Assembly: GCA_016196625.1 (NCBI GenBank)
Contig: JACPXH010000007.1
Location: 18,631 to 82,630, forward strand
Source: Candidatus Parcubacteria bacterium
GTDB taxonomy: Bacteria > Patescibacteriota > Minisyncoccia > JACPXH01
Direction: 5' to 3'
Length of the DNA: 64,000 bases
The stretch's first letter is position 1. Each line of letters opens with the position of its first letter. Shown here one piece after another: positions 37,528 through 47,752 of the stretch. The notes below the pieces were generated by a model that had not been told where the DNA came from, searched no databases, and worked only from the letters and a program-made list of their open reading frames with translations. The translations under genes and the position numbers were made by a program.

Positions 37528-40046
37528 CAGCGGATCATCAGCCGGTTCGCCTTGAGGCTCACATGCACGCGCGTCTTCTTTGCCCCGCGCCGGATGAGCA
37601 ATTGCGCCAGCGGGTTTTCCAGCTTGTCCTCGAGGATTCTCCGTATGAGCCTCGCGCCCTCGCTGGGCTTCCAGGATGTCCGGCTAAGCAGTTCTTCGAC
37701 GCCTGGACCGATCGAGAGCGCGCAGCCACGTTGGGCAAGCCGTTTTTTAAGCGCGGCCGTATGCAGGCGCACGATCGACAAGATGGCCTTGGGGTCGAGC
37801 GGCCGGAAGACGATCGTGTGATCAATGCGGCTTAGGAGTTCCGGGCGGATCGTGTGCTTTAAGGTGGAGAGTGTTCGCTCCCGGATCGTTTGGAATGAGT
37901 CAAGCGCTCGCTCGCGGGACGAGAAGCCGAGTGCGGCGGCCCGGGTGAATTCCTCGGTGCCGATGTTCGAAGTGAGGATGATGATGGTGTGGGAGAAGTT
38001 GATGTGCCGGCCGTGGCTGTCGGTCAGAATGCCGTCTTCCAGAATTTGCAGCAGGATGTTATGGACCTGCGGGTGGGCTTTTTCAATCTCATCAAGCAGC
38101 AGGAGCGAGAAGGGGTTTTTGCGGATCGTTTCAGTGAGCGCGCCGCCCTCTTCGTAGCCCACGTATCCGGGCGGAGCGCCGATGAAGCGCGCGATCGAGT
38201 GGGGTTCGCTGTATTCAGACATGTCGACTTTGAGCAGCGCTTCGGGTTTGCCGAAGATCGTCTCGGCGAGCACCCGGGCCAGTTCTGTTTTGCCCACTCC
38301 GGTTGGCCCCAGAAACAAGAATGAACCCCACGGTCGTCTTTCCCCGGTGAGCCCCGCTCGGGCGCGTCGCAGCGTTTTGGCGACCGCCGAGATGGCCTCG
38401 GGTTGGCCTAGCACCCGCCGGGCGAGCACGCGCTCGAGAGCCAAGAGCTTCGCAGCCTCGCCTTTCTCCATGTCGTGGACGGGTATGCCGGTCATTTGCG
38501 CGACCGTGGCTCTTACGTGTTCCGGTTTGAGCGTTGGTTTAACCAGAGTTGGCAGAGCGGTCGTGTGGGTGCGCAGCGTTCCCACGGACAGTTCAAGACT
38601 GCGTTGTTCACGCTGGACCGCGAGCGCCCGTTCGTATTCGCCGGCAAAAATTGCCTGCTTAAGCTCTCCGGCCAGACGTTCACGATCGAAGCGGAGCGCC
38701 TTGAGCCGACTTTCTGCTGGGCGGAGGGGCTCGCGCGTTCTGAGCCGCGAGGCAGCTTCGTCCAATACATCGAGCGCCTTATCCGGCAGGACCCGTTCGT
38801 GCAGGTACCGATTTGCGAGCCGCACGGTCTCCCGCAGAGCCTCCGGGGTGATGGCGATGGCGTGATGGTTTTCGTAGGCGGGCTTTAGTCCTTCTAAAAT
38901 TTGGTAAGTTGCTTCTGGCGTGGCTTCCGGCACGAGCACGGGCTGAAACCTGCGTTCGAGAGCAGCGTCTTTTTCGATGTAACGATGGTACTCGTCCAGC
39001 GTCGTTGCCCCGATACATTGAATGTCGCCGTGGGCTAGGGCGGGCTTCAAGATGTTGGCCGCATCGAGCGATCCTTGGGCTGAACCAGCTCCAACCACGT
39101 TATGCACTTCGTCTATGAACAGGATGGCGTGTTTGTGTTTGGCTTCGCGGAGGATGTCTTTGAGGCGCCCTTCGAATTCACCTCGAAAGACCGTGCCGGC
39201 AATCACCAGTCCCAAGTCAAGGGCAATGAGTTTGCGAAAAGTGAGGTGTTCGGGCACACGGCCCTCGGCCATGCGCCGGGCAAGCCCGTAGACAATGGCC
39301 GTTTTTCCCACGCCTGGTTCGCCAATGAGAATGGGGTTGTTTTTGCTGCGGCGCGAGAGAATATGGACGAGCCGTTCCTGTTCAGCTTCGCGGCCAATGA
39401 GGATGTCGAGCTCGCCTGATTTTGCTCGTTCCACGAGGTCGTCTCCGAAGTGGGCGAGGGCTGATTTGGTATCGTCACCGCGCGGCTCTGCCACTGAACG
39501 AGCCTCCAAGTGGTTAGAGGTGTTCGGCCGGCGGTGAACGCCAAGCAGCTGAGTCAGCTCTTGGAGCGATTTGCCTGCGGGCAAGGCGGCGATGGTGTCC
39601 GCGGAAGGAAAAGTCGAAAAACTCGCAAAGACCTCTTCGAGATGCGCGCGGAGTTTGTTAAGGGTTGCTGTTTTTACGGTGGTGCCGTGGTAGGGGGTCG
39701 GGCCCAAGCCGATCAATCCGTAGAGAAGGTGTTCGGTGCCGATGTAGCGGTTACCGTGTTTTGCCGCCGCAGCCGCCGCGTGCTTGAGGCCGGCTTTGAC
39801 AAAGGGTGCCAACGAAAGATCCGTTTCCTTTAGGGTCGACGCTCCCCGGAGCGTCCCGTCAGTCAGTCCGTAGTGCCGCAACATGAGGCTCGCGAGAGAG
39901 CCGTTTGTTTTTGCGAGTCCAGCTAAAATGATAGCCGGAGTGAGCGCGGTTGCGGACTCGCGCGCGAGGTGCTCTGCTTTGCCCAGCGCCTCGCGGGCGC
40001 GGTGGGTGAGCCGCTCAAGGTAGCTCTCGGGCAGCCAGTGATTCAT
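37527..40046 (-). CDS. clpC: ClpC/ClpA-family AAA+ chaperone (two AAA modules)
   Basis: N-domain repeats, GEPGVGKTAIV and GPTGVGKTELAR Walker A, sensor motifs; 839 aa. Confidence 0.88.
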   Translation of the reverse strand: MNHWLPESYLERLTHRAREALGKAEHLARESATALTPAIILAGLAKTNGSLASLMLRHYGLTDGTLRGASTLKETDLSLAPFVKAGLKHAAAAAAKHGNRYIGTEHLLYGLIGLGPTPYHGTTVKTATLNKLRAHLEEVFASFSTFPSADTIAALPAGKSLQELTQLLGVHRRPNTSNHLEARSVAEPRGDDTKSALAHFGDDLVERAKSGELDILIGREAEQERLVHILSRRSKNNPILIGEPGVGKTAIVYGLARRMAEGRVPEHLTFRKLIALDLGLVIAGTVFRGEFEGRLKDILREAKHKHAILFIDEVHNVVGAGSAQGSLDAANILKPALAHGDIQCIGATTLDEYHRYIEKDAALERRFQPVLVPEATPEATYQILEGLKPAYENHHAIAITPEALRETVRLANRYLHERVLPDKALDVLDEAASRLRTREPLRPAESRLKALRFDRERLAGELKQAIFAGEYERALAVQREQRSLELSVGTLRTHTTALPTLVKPTLKPEHVRATVAQMTGIPVHDMEKGEAAKLLALERVLARRVLGQPEAISAVAKTLRRARAGLTGERRPWGSFLFLGPTGVGKTELARVLAETIFGKPEALLKVDMSEYSEPHSIARFIGAPPGYVGYEEGGALTETIRKNPFSLLLLDEIEKAHPQVHNILLQILEDGILTDSHGRHINFSHTIIILTSNIGTEEFTRAAALGFSSRERALDSFQTIRERTLSTLKHTIRPELLSRIDHTIVFRPLDPKAILSIVRLHTAALKKRLAQRGCALSIGPGVEELLSRTSWKPSEGARLIRRILEDKLENPLAQLLIRRGAKKTRVHVSLKANRLMIR

Positions 40047-40090
40047 GGGCGAGATTATAGCACGCTCAACTCATTTTGTGGATAAGCACT

Positions 40091-40119
40091 TTACGCTACA
40101 GCAAAGCACGACGTATAAT
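40091..40119 (+). promoter_or_regulatory. candidate sigma70 promoter for pil operon (TTACGC -N17- TATAAT) followed by 7-bp perfect palindrome cacacgt-atcgag-acgtgtg at 40132-40151
   Basis: hexamers and spacing read directly in clpC-pilM divergent intergenic region. Confidence 0.3.
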
Positions 40120-40251
40120 CAGGAGTAGAGCCACACGTATCGAGACGTGTGTTGAGGCGTTGCAGTTCTTGCTGTGCGCTTGAGAGTTAGGCCACAGGTA
40201 CAACGGCTCGCCGTCTGGTGGTGTTGTTTTGCTAAAATACTTAAGGCAGGT

Positions 40252-41391
40252 ATGCTGCAACTTTTCCGGCGTCAACCGAAGAGTGCGATCGGCATTGACA
40301 TCGGCTCTTCCGCCGTCAAGATCGTTGAGTTGGCGTGGGAAGATAAACGTTTTCGGGTCAGCAATTACGGCTCCGTGAGTGTCACCGAGTCAGACGACGA
40401 CCGGGGACTGCCGCGGCGTCTCACACAGCTTGCGGTGGGAGACGTCGCGAATCTGATTCGAACGCTTCTTGCGGCCATGGGTTTTGGGCGCTCAGCCCCG
40501 CCAGCCGCGATCGCTGTCCCGGTATTCTCGAGTTTCTCGACGCTTATTGAAATGCCGCTCATGTCTGAATCTGAAGTTGGGCAGGCAGTGCAGTTTGAAG
40601 CGCGCAAGGTGATTCCCGTACCGCTTTCGGAAGTGGTCATGGAGTGGACAGTGCTCCAGCGCGAGCGCGATCCCAAGCTCCTCAAAGATCAGGCGCCGTG
40701 GTTGCGGCTCTTAGGAATCGGCAAGGGTTCTTCACCCCCCGGGACTGCCAGCAAAAACATTCAGGTAATGCTGGCTGCGGTGCCGCGCGAAGTGTTGAGT
40801 CGTTCCGTTTCGACTGCCAGCCAAGCCGGACTGAAGCTTTTGTTTCTTGAGGTGGAGACCTTCAGCCTCGCGCGCGCGCTCGCCGACCAGACCCCGGATC
40901 CTTCTTTGCTCATCGATATTGGCGCCCGCTCCACGAACTTTAGCATCATTGAGGAGGGGTTTGTTTCACTCACCCATACCGTTGAGATCGCGGGTTATAA
41001 TCTTACGCGAGCGACAGCCGAGGGACTCAACATTCTGCCGGCGCGCGCCGAAGAGCGCAAACAGACTCAAGGGCTTGCCGGGGGCGGCGGGGAAGGACAA
41101 ATTGCGCATTTAATGCTTTCTTATATCGAGGTGCTCACGACCGAAGCCGAGCGGGTGTTGGGGCTTCACGAGCGTTCGGGCGTCAAGGTTCAACGCATCG
41201 TTCTGGCTGGTGGTTCAGCGCGACTTACCAAATTGGCCGAATACGTTTCGACTAAGCTTGGTCGGCCCATTGAGATCGCGCAGCCTTTCAAGAACCTTTT
41301 GTATCCGGAGGCTTTGAAGGTTCAGTTGGAAGAGCTGGGGCCATCTTTTGCCGTTGCAATTGGGCTCGCCCAAAAAGCTTTGAGTGGCTAA
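40252..41391 (+). CDS. pilM: type IV pilus assembly ATPase-fold protein PilM
   Basis: actin-like IGIDIGSSAVKIVEL, ..ILAGGSARL. Confidence 0.8.
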   Translation: MLQLFRRQPKSAIGIDIGSSAVKIVELAWEDKRFRVSNYGSVSVTESDDDRGLPRRLTQLAVGDVANLIRTLLAAMGFGRSAPPAAIAVPVFSSFSTLIEMPLMSESEVGQAVQFEARKVIPVPLSEVVMEWTVLQRERDPKLLKDQAPWLRLLGIGKGSSPPGTASKNIQVMLAAVPREVLSRSVSTASQAGLKLLFLEVETFSLARALADQTPDPSLLIDIGARSTNFSIIEEGFVSLTHTVEIAGYNLTRATAEGLNILPARAEERKQTQGLAGGGGEGQIAHLMLSYIEVLTTEAERVLGLHERSGVKVQRIVLAGGSARLTKLAEYVSTKLGRPIEIAQPFKNLLYPEALKVQLEELGPSFAVAIGLAQKALSG

Positions 41392-41956
41392 ATCTATGGC
41401 CATTGATATCAGCACTATCCAGCGCGCTACTGCCGCACCAGCTCCGGGGCGGGCGACAGCGCCAGCGAGGCCGGTCGCGCTTATCGTGGGCATCGTACTC
41501 GTCTTACTCCTGGCGGCACTCACAGGAATACTCATGTTCGTGCGTAGCCGGGCGCAGCGCGAGGCCGAACAGGTTGCCTCGAGCATTAAGGCGTTGGATG
41601 AGGCGCGTAAACCAACGGACGAAGCGAAAATTCTTGCCTTCGACACGCAGCTCAAAACTCTCGCCCGGCTTTTGAATGGGCATATCCGTCCCATCAGGCT
41701 TTTCGATTTTTTTGAAACGACAACGCTCTCCGAAGCGGTGCTCAAAAACTTCGTTTGGTCTTCGGACGGACGGCTTACGCTGACGGGTGACGTTTCCAAT
41801 TACAACGCCTTGGGCCGGCAGCTTTTGGTCTACGCGCAAGATGCGCGGGTGCTGAACGTAGAGTTGACCGGTTTTACTCTTGAATCGGCTGGTGGGGTCA
41901 GTTTCACGATGGCGCTCACCCTTAAGCCCGACGTCGTGCGGGCCGTGACTCCCTGA
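41384..41956 (+). CDS. pilN: PilN-like bitopic pilus assembly protein
   Basis: single N-terminal TM + periplasmic domain, position after pilM. Confidence 0.5.
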   Translation: MAKSMAIDISTIQRATAAPAPGRATAPARPVALIVGIVLVLLLAALTGILMFVRSRAQREAEQVASSIKALDEARKPTDEAKILAFDTQLKTLARLLNGHIRPIRLFDFFETTTLSEAVLKNFVWSSDGRLTLTGDVSNYNALGRQLLVYAQDARVLNVELTGFTLESAGGVSFTMALTLKPDVVRAVTP

Positions 41957-41960
41957 TCGT

Positions 41961-42491
41961 ATGGCGTACCGTCAAATAATCGGACTCGTACTCATTGCGG
42001 CAGCGCTCATTGCGGCGTGGGTGTTTGTCTGGCCTCTGTGGATTTCATCTCAGGAGGCGTCGCGCCTACTCAACGATGCGCGCGTACGGCTCAATGACAA
42101 ACAGGAGTTTGTTCGTCACATCGCCGAGCTTCAAAAAGAGTACGAAGCGAACCGGGTCGAAGCCGGCCGGGCGAGTTTGGTTATCCCGGTGGGCCGAGAC
42201 ATTCCGGGGCTGCTTGAGACGGTGAGTGCGCTGGCTACTGTCAGCGGCGTGGCGCTTGACACGTTTGGTTTTGCCGGGGGGCAGGCGACCGGTCCGGCAA
42301 CGTCAGGGAACATATCGTTGCCCACCATAGCAATCAACATGAATGTTGCGGGTTCATACGAAGCCATCAAGAGCCTGGTGCGGAACATCGAGCAGAACAT
42401 CCGGTTGTTCGAGGCTGAGACCGTTAGCTTTAGTCGCCGTGAAGATGGGCTGTATTCGGCGGGGCTTAAACTCGACGCTTACTATCAGTAG
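41961..42491 (+). CDS. pilO: PilO-like bitopic pilus assembly protein
   Basis: N-terminal TM, coiled-coil, position. Confidence 0.5.
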   Translation: MAYRQIIGLVLIAAALIAAWVFVWPLWISSQEASRLLNDARVRLNDKQEFVRHIAELQKEYEANRVEAGRASLVIPVGRDIPGLLETVSALATVSGVALDTFGFAGGQATGPATSGNISLPTIAINMNVAGSYEAIKSLVRNIEQNIRLFEAETVSFSRREDGLYSAGLKLDAYYQ

Positions 42492-42494
42492 TTC

Positions 42495-42800
42495 ATGATC
42501 GTTCCGCTCCAACAACCAGCAAAGAGGTCTCCATTTCTAGTCTATGGGCTGGGGGCGGTGGCTCTGCTGGGACCGATTGTCATTTACCTCGTTTTTTTCG
42601 CGCAGCCGGCGGCGAAGGTGCCCCCCGCGACCGTGGGGGTGCAACCTGCAGTCGTCAACCCGAACGATGCGCGCCTGCGCGGAGTGCGTTTTAACCTTGA
42701 GGTACTGCGCGATCCACGCTTCCAGACTTTGCGCGTTTTCGGAACGTTGCCGGTAACAGTCTCCAGGCCCCCCCTGCGGACAACCCCATTTGCCCGATAG
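42495..42800 (+). CDS. small single-TM protein (PilP-like position)
   Basis: 101-aa ORF with one TM. Confidence 0.3.
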   Translation: MIVPLQQPAKRSPFLVYGLGAVALLGPIVIYLVFFAQPAAKVPPATVGVQPAVVNPNDARLRGVRFNLEVLRDPRFQTLRVFGTLPVTVSRPPLRTTPFAR

Positions 42801-42847
42801 CGGACCAGCCCCACGGGCGTAGAGATCAGCCGGCAGCATCCCCGGAT

Positions 42848-44623
42848 TTGTTGATGCCGATCGTTATGACACTCCCTCAACCAAAAACTCTACTCGATGC
42901 GCTGCGTGAAGCGAAGGCCATTGACGAGTCTACCCGGAAGGCGATCGAGCGCGAAGTAACGACGACCGGACGCGATCTAGAGAGCGTGCTGGGTACGACC
43001 GGCAACGTACCCGAACCCGCGATTCTCGAGGCGAAATCGCGGCTATTTAACATTCCGGTTCGGGCCGTTGAAAACGTTGACGACATAACTCAAGAAGCCC
43101 TCCAGACCATCCCGGAGGAAGCCGCCCGCTTCTACCAGCTCGTGCCCTTGGAGAAGCGCGGCCAAACACTCACCGTCGGCATCATCAATCCCGGCGATTG
43201 GCGCACGCAAGAGGCTCTCAAATTCATTTTGGCGCGCCGGTCTCTCAAGGCGCAGGTGTATCTCATCAGCCAGCACGACTTCGAGGAAGTCTTGAAGCGG
43301 TACCGTACCCTCCGGGGCGAAGTAGCCCAAGCCCTCGAGGAGCTCGAGAGCGAACTCTCGGGCGATACCGTTACCCTCGGCGAGCGCAAGCATGAGCCGG
43401 CGGTTGACGAGGAAGTTATCTCAGAGGAGGCGCCAATCACCAAGGTGGTCGCAGTAATCTTAAAGCATGCCACCGAGGGGAACGCCTCTGACATTCACAT
43501 TGAGCCGGGCAAGCGCGAGCTGAGAGTGCGTTTCCGGGTGGACGGCGCGCTGCGCACCAGTCTTGTTTTGCCGCTCGCGATCCATCAGGCAGTGGCAAGC
43601 CGCATCAAGATTCTTTCCGACTTAAAGATTGATGAGACGCGAATCCCGCAAGACGGTCGGTTCCACGCCCGTATCGGCGACAAGGAGATTGACTTTCGGG
43701 TTTCCACTTTTCCCACTTCATTCGGCGAGAAAGTGGAGATGCGTATCCTCGATCCTTCCGTGGGCATCCGAACGCTCGAGGAGCTGGGCGTTTCCGGGCG
43801 CAACCTTGAAGCTCTCAACAAGGGCATGAACCGGCCTTACGGCATGATTCTGGCCACCGGTCCTACCGGTTCGGGAAAATCTACGACTCTCTATGCGGTT
43901 TTGCGCGTGCTCAACAAAGAAGACGTCAATATTATTTCGTTGGAAGATCCGGTCGAGTACTACATTGAAAACCTGAATCAGTCTCAGATTCGTCCGGAGA
44001 TCGGCTACACGTTTGCGACGGGGCTGCGCCATGTGCTCCGGCAGGATCCGGACATCATCATGGTGGGTGAGATCCGCGATTCAGAGACGGCGGAGCTAGC
44101 GATTCACGCCGCCCTCACCGGGCACATCGTGCTCTCGACTTTGCATACCAATGATGCGCTAGGCGTCATACCGCGGCTTGTAGATATGGGCATTCAACCC
44201 TTTCTCATTCCTTCGGCGCTCAACCTCGTCCTGGCCCAGCGACTTGTGCGCCGTCTCTGTCCTGACTGCAAACGGCCATACCCAGCCGCAGCCGCAGCCG
44301 AAAAAATCATTCTGGAAACCGTTGCTACTTTACCCGAGAGCGAACTCAAGCTCATCCCGACTAGGACACCTCCCTTTACGCTCTATGAGGCGCCGGGATG
44401 CAAGCGCTGCGGGCATAAGGGCACGCGTGGGCGCATCGCGATCTATGAGGTACTGGAAATGACCCCGCAGCTCGAGGAGATTACTGTCCACAACCTTCTG
44501 GAGTCAGCCCTGGTGAAAGAAGCCGAGCGACAGGGCGTGGTGCGTATGAAACACGATGGTGTCATCAAGGCCTTGCAGGGACTGGTGGGTCTTGAAGAAG
44601 TGCTGGAGGCGGTGGAAGTGTAG
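42848..44623 (+). CDS. pilB: type IV pilus assembly ATPase PilB/GspE
   Basis: N-terminal GSPII_E_N domain, GPTGSGKSTTLYA Walker A, Asp/His boxes, tetracysteine CPDC..C..C. Confidence 0.9.
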   Translation: MLMPIVMTLPQPKTLLDALREAKAIDESTRKAIEREVTTTGRDLESVLGTTGNVPEPAILEAKSRLFNIPVRAVENVDDITQEALQTIPEEAARFYQLVPLEKRGQTLTVGIINPGDWRTQEALKFILARRSLKAQVYLISQHDFEEVLKRYRTLRGEVAQALEELESELSGDTVTLGERKHEPAVDEEVISEEAPITKVVAVILKHATEGNASDIHIEPGKRELRVRFRVDGALRTSLVLPLAIHQAVASRIKILSDLKIDETRIPQDGRFHARIGDKEIDFRVSTFPTSFGEKVEMRILDPSVGIRTLEELGVSGRNLEALNKGMNRPYGMILATGPTGSGKSTTLYAVLRVLNKEDVNIISLEDPVEYYIENLNQSQIRPEIGYTFATGLRHVLRQDPDIIMVGEIRDSETAELAIHAALTGHIVLSTLHTNDALGVIPRLVDMGIQPFLIPSALNLVLAQRLVRRLCPDCKRPYPAAAAAEKIILETVATLPESELKLIPTRTPPFTLYEAPGCKRCGHKGTRGRIAIYEVLEMTPQLEEITVHNLLESALVKEAERQGVVRMKHDGVIKALQGLVGLEEVLEAVEV

Positions 44624-44637
44624 TTGTTGTCAGAAAT

Positions 44638-44830
44638 CCCAGCATTGTTTACAGAAAATATACATGACACGATTTGATATCAAGCGGGGCGGCTCTCGCT
44701 ACGCGAAAATCCCCAGCGAGGATTTTCGCTGCCCTTCGGCCTCGCTCGCCCCTCGACAGACTCGGGGCACCATGCCCGCTCGGCCTCAGAAGCCGCTCGA
44801 GCCTGCCCCGCTTGATATAAACAACACTCG
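44638..44830. repeat. GC-rich structured repeat (copy B), TIR tgatatcaagcggggcgg / cctgccccgcttgatata
   Basis: see copy A at 2266-2441. Confidence 0.55.
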
Positions 44831-44859
44831 AAAATGTTACATACGTGTAGTATAGTATA

Positions 44860-45261
44860 ATGGAACGCATCATGCCGGGGCGTATTCTTATGGTCGAGCC
44901 GGATGCGTTTTGGGCAGAGCTTTTGACGCGCCGGTTTGAAGAGCTTGGTTACGAGGTTGATCTGGCTGGCGATTGGCAGAGTGCTCTCACGTTCATGGGT
45001 GGGAGCACGCCGGCGGCGATCGTCCTTGACGCGGCAGTCGGCCCGGTTGCCACTTCAACCTTGCTGCATGCGATCCGTTCGCTTCCGGCTGCCGGCGTGG
45101 CGGGTGTGGTCATGCTGGGGCACGCCGGTTCCCCTGACGAGCGTAGCCAAGCCGCTCGTTTCGGGGTCGAGCGCTACGTTCCAAAAATGTCTGCGACGCC
45201 AATTGAAATTGTGGCCTTGGCCACTGCTCTCGCCGCCCGAAGGGAGTTTAAGCGAGCGTAA
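44860..45261 (+). CDS. stand-alone CheY-like receiver domain protein embedded in pilus locus
   Basis: ILMVEPD acidic pocket, AAIVLDAAV phospho-acceptor Asp, YVPK conserved Lys. Confidence 0.6.
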   Translation: MERIMPGRILMVEPDAFWAELLTRRFEELGYEVDLAGDWQSALTFMGGSTPAAIVLDAAVGPVATSTLLHAIRSLPAAGVAGVVMLGHAGSPDERSQAARFGVERYVPKMSATPIEIVALATALAARREFKRA

Positions 45262-45273
45262 GTATGGGTTTGT

Positions 45274-46350
45274 ATGTCAGCACTGAATGCGAAAATTGAG
45301 TTGGAAGAGCTCTTGGGTGAGGTCGTGACGACGAACGCTTCCGATCTGCACGTGTCCGTCGGGCGCCATCCGACCCTCCGTATCGACGGAGCGCTTTTGC
45401 CACTCGCCAAGTATCCGGTGCTTACGCCGGAGGCAGCCGAGGAGTTGAGCTTTCTGTTGTTTACACCGGAGCAGAAAAACTTTTTCCTTGCCGAGCAAGA
45501 GATTGATTTTTCGTACGGCTTCGCCGACAAGGCCCGTTTCCGGGTGAATGTTTTTCGGCAGCGCGGTTTTGTCTCGGCCGCTTTGCGGCTGATCCCGAGC
45601 AAAATCCGGACCATCGAAGAGCTTAACTTACCCGTTGTCTTGCACCGTTTCACCAAACTCTCGCAGGGGTTTTTCTTGTGCGTTGGGCCGGCTGGACACG
45701 GCAAATCCACCACACTTGCGGCCCTCATTGATGAGATCAATCATACCCGGACCGAACACATCATCACCATTGAAGATCCCATCGAGTACGCTTTCTCGCA
45801 GGATCGATCCATTGTGGACCAGCGCGAGGTGCATCACGACACGAAGGGTTTCCACCGGGCTTTGCGCAGCGCCCTCCGGCAGGATCCGAACGTGATCATG
45901 ATTGGCGAGATGCGTGACTCTGAAACTATTTCGGCCGCAATTACCGCGGCGGAGACGGGGCACCTCGTGTTGGCGTCATTGCATACGAACAACGCCGCGC
46001 AGACCATCGATCGGATCATTGACAGTTTCCCGCCGGGCCAGCAAGCCCAAATCCGGGCTCAGCTTTCTGGCACCATCGTGGGCATTGTTTCGCAACGGCT
46101 CATCCCCCGGATTGACGGCGGCAGAACGCCCGTTGCCGAAATCTTGATCGCGAACCCCGCGGTGCGCAACCTCATCCGTGAAAACAAAACCCACCAGATT
46201 GAAATGGTGGTTGAGACGAACGCCGAGCAGGGGATGGTGTCGCTCAACCGGAGCCTTGAAGAACGAGTTAGGCGCGGCGAGGTTTCGCCGGACATGGCTG
46301 AGATTTACTCGCTCAACCCCGAAGAGCTCCGGCAACTGCTGTCGCGGTAG
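45274..46350 (+). CDS. pilT: twitching-motility / pilus retraction ATPase PilT
   Basis: GPAGHGKSTTLAA Walker A, ..IMIGEMRD, His box; 358 aa. Confidence 0.88.
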   Translation: MSALNAKIELEELLGEVVTTNASDLHVSVGRHPTLRIDGALLPLAKYPVLTPEAAEELSFLLFTPEQKNFFLAEQEIDFSYGFADKARFRVNVFRQRGFVSAALRLIPSKIRTIEELNLPVVLHRFTKLSQGFFLCVGPAGHGKSTTLAALIDEINHTRTEHIITIEDPIEYAFSQDRSIVDQREVHHDTKGFHRALRSALRQDPNVIMIGEMRDSETISAAITAAETGHLVLASLHTNNAAQTIDRIIDSFPPGQQAQIRAQLSGTIVGIVSQRLIPRIDGGRTPVAEILIANPAVRNLIRENKTHQIEMVVETNAEQGMVSLNRSLEERVRRGEVSPDMAEIYSLNPEELRQLLSR

Positions 46351-46397
46351 CGCGGTATGCCTCGAGTGGTTTCACAACCAGAGTTATAGCACCGGGT

Positions 46398-47606
46398 ATG
46401 CTGTTTTTTTACACCGCGCGCACGTCTGACGGTCAGATGCAGACCGGCACGATTGAGGCAGCTTCGCCGGACATAGGCGTGGAACTTCTGCAACAGCACG
46501 GGCTGGTGGTTATAAGTCTGCGGCCTCAGGGCGCGTCGATCTTTGACGCCCCCCTCAAGTTCTTCAACCGCGTCAAAAGTAAGGAGATCGTGATTTTCTC
46601 CCGACAGCTTTCGACCTTGTTGGATGCCGAAGTGCCAATCACCGAATCCCTGCGGACGCTCATGGAACAGACGGGCTCGGCTACGTTCCGGGGCGTGCTG
46701 TTTGAAATCTCGGCTGACGTGGAGGGTGGGATGTCGATGTCGAAAGCTTTCCAGAAACACCCGCAGGTGTTCTCTGATTTTTTTGTAACGCTCGTCAAAT
46801 CAGGGGAGGTTTCGGGTAAACTGCAGGAGGTGTTCGCGTACCTGGCGAGCTACTTGGAACGCGAGTACGAGTTGGTTTCTAAAGCCCGGCGCGCCACGGT
46901 CTATCCGGCGGTGGTGCTGTTCGCGTTTCTCGTCGTCGCGGTCATCATGCTGGTTTTCGTGGTGCCGCAGCTCACTCTCATTTTGACCGAATCCGAAGTG
47001 GAACTTCCGTTTCTGACCAGACTTTTGATTGGGACCAGCAACTTTTTGCAAGCGTGGGGGTGGCTGGTTGGCATTGGCGTTGTGGTGGGCATATTTTTTC
47101 TCATCCGCTACGGCCGCACGACCGAGGGCAAGGAGTTTTTTGACCGGCTTATTCTGCGGTTGCCCGGCTTCGGAAATCTGTTTAAGAAAATGTATCTCGC
47201 GCGGCTTGCCGAAACGCTCTCCACCATGATTGTGGGCGGCATCCCCATTGTTCAGGCGCTCGGGGTTACCAGTGATGTGGTGGGCAACACCGTCTACCGG
47301 ACGATTCTGGGTGAAGTCATGGAGGCAGTTCGGAGGGGCGAGATGATGTCCGGCGTGCTGCGCAGCCACCACCCCACGATTCCGCTCCTCGTTACCCAGA
47401 TGATGAGCGTGGGCGAGAAATCCGGCAAGCTGGATACTATTTTGCGCAAGCTCGCCGACTTCTATCGGCGGGAGGTGGAATCCTTGGTCGAGAACTTGAC
47501 CAACTTAATTGAACCTATTCTCATTTTGGTGCTGGGTGGGGGTGTGGGCATACTCATCGCGGCGGTGCTCTTGCCCATATATAACCTCGCGAGCGCGATT
47601 AAATAG
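46398..47606 (+). CDS. pilC: type IV pilus platform protein PilC/GspF
   Basis: two T2SSF domains, 3 TM. Confidence 0.85.
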   Translation: MLFFYTARTSDGQMQTGTIEAASPDIGVELLQQHGLVVISLRPQGASIFDAPLKFFNRVKSKEIVIFSRQLSTLLDAEVPITESLRTLMEQTGSATFRGVLFEISADVEGGMSMSKAFQKHPQVFSDFFVTLVKSGEVSGKLQEVFAYLASYLEREYELVSKARRATVYPAVVLFAFLVVAVIMLVFVVPQLTLILTESEVELPFLTRLLIGTSNFLQAWGWLVGIGVVVGIFFLIRYGRTTEGKEFFDRLILRLPGFGNLFKKMYLARLAETLSTMIVGGIPIVQALGVTSDVVGNTVYRTILGEVMEAVRRGEMMSGVLRSHHPTIPLLVTQMMSVGEKSGKLDTILRKLADFYRREVESLVENLTNLIEPILILVLGGGVGILIAAVLLPIYNLASAIK

Positions 47607-47742
47607 AAACTCCAAATTTCAAAGCTCAAATGTCAAATCAAATCCAAAATCCAAAGCTCAAAAACGATTGGCTGTTTTGGTTTTTGATTTTTGAGCTCGA
47701 TTTGTCATTTGGACTTTGAAATTTGGATTTTTCATTTATTCG
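47607..47742. repeat. AT-rich palindromic intergenic element, copy 3 (~135-bp imperfect hairpin)
   Basis: ccaaatttcaaagctcaaatgtcaaatcaaatccaaaatccaaagctcaaaaa ... tttttgagctcgatttgtcatttggactttgaaatttgg. Confidence 0.6.
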
Positions 47743-47752
47743 GTTCTTGGCC

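Noticed and set aside
40077-40085. DnaA box TTATCCACA (oriC)
   Set aside because: It is a single isolated box in the clpC-pilM intergenic region, with no cluster or AT-rich DUE. Not evidence for an origin.
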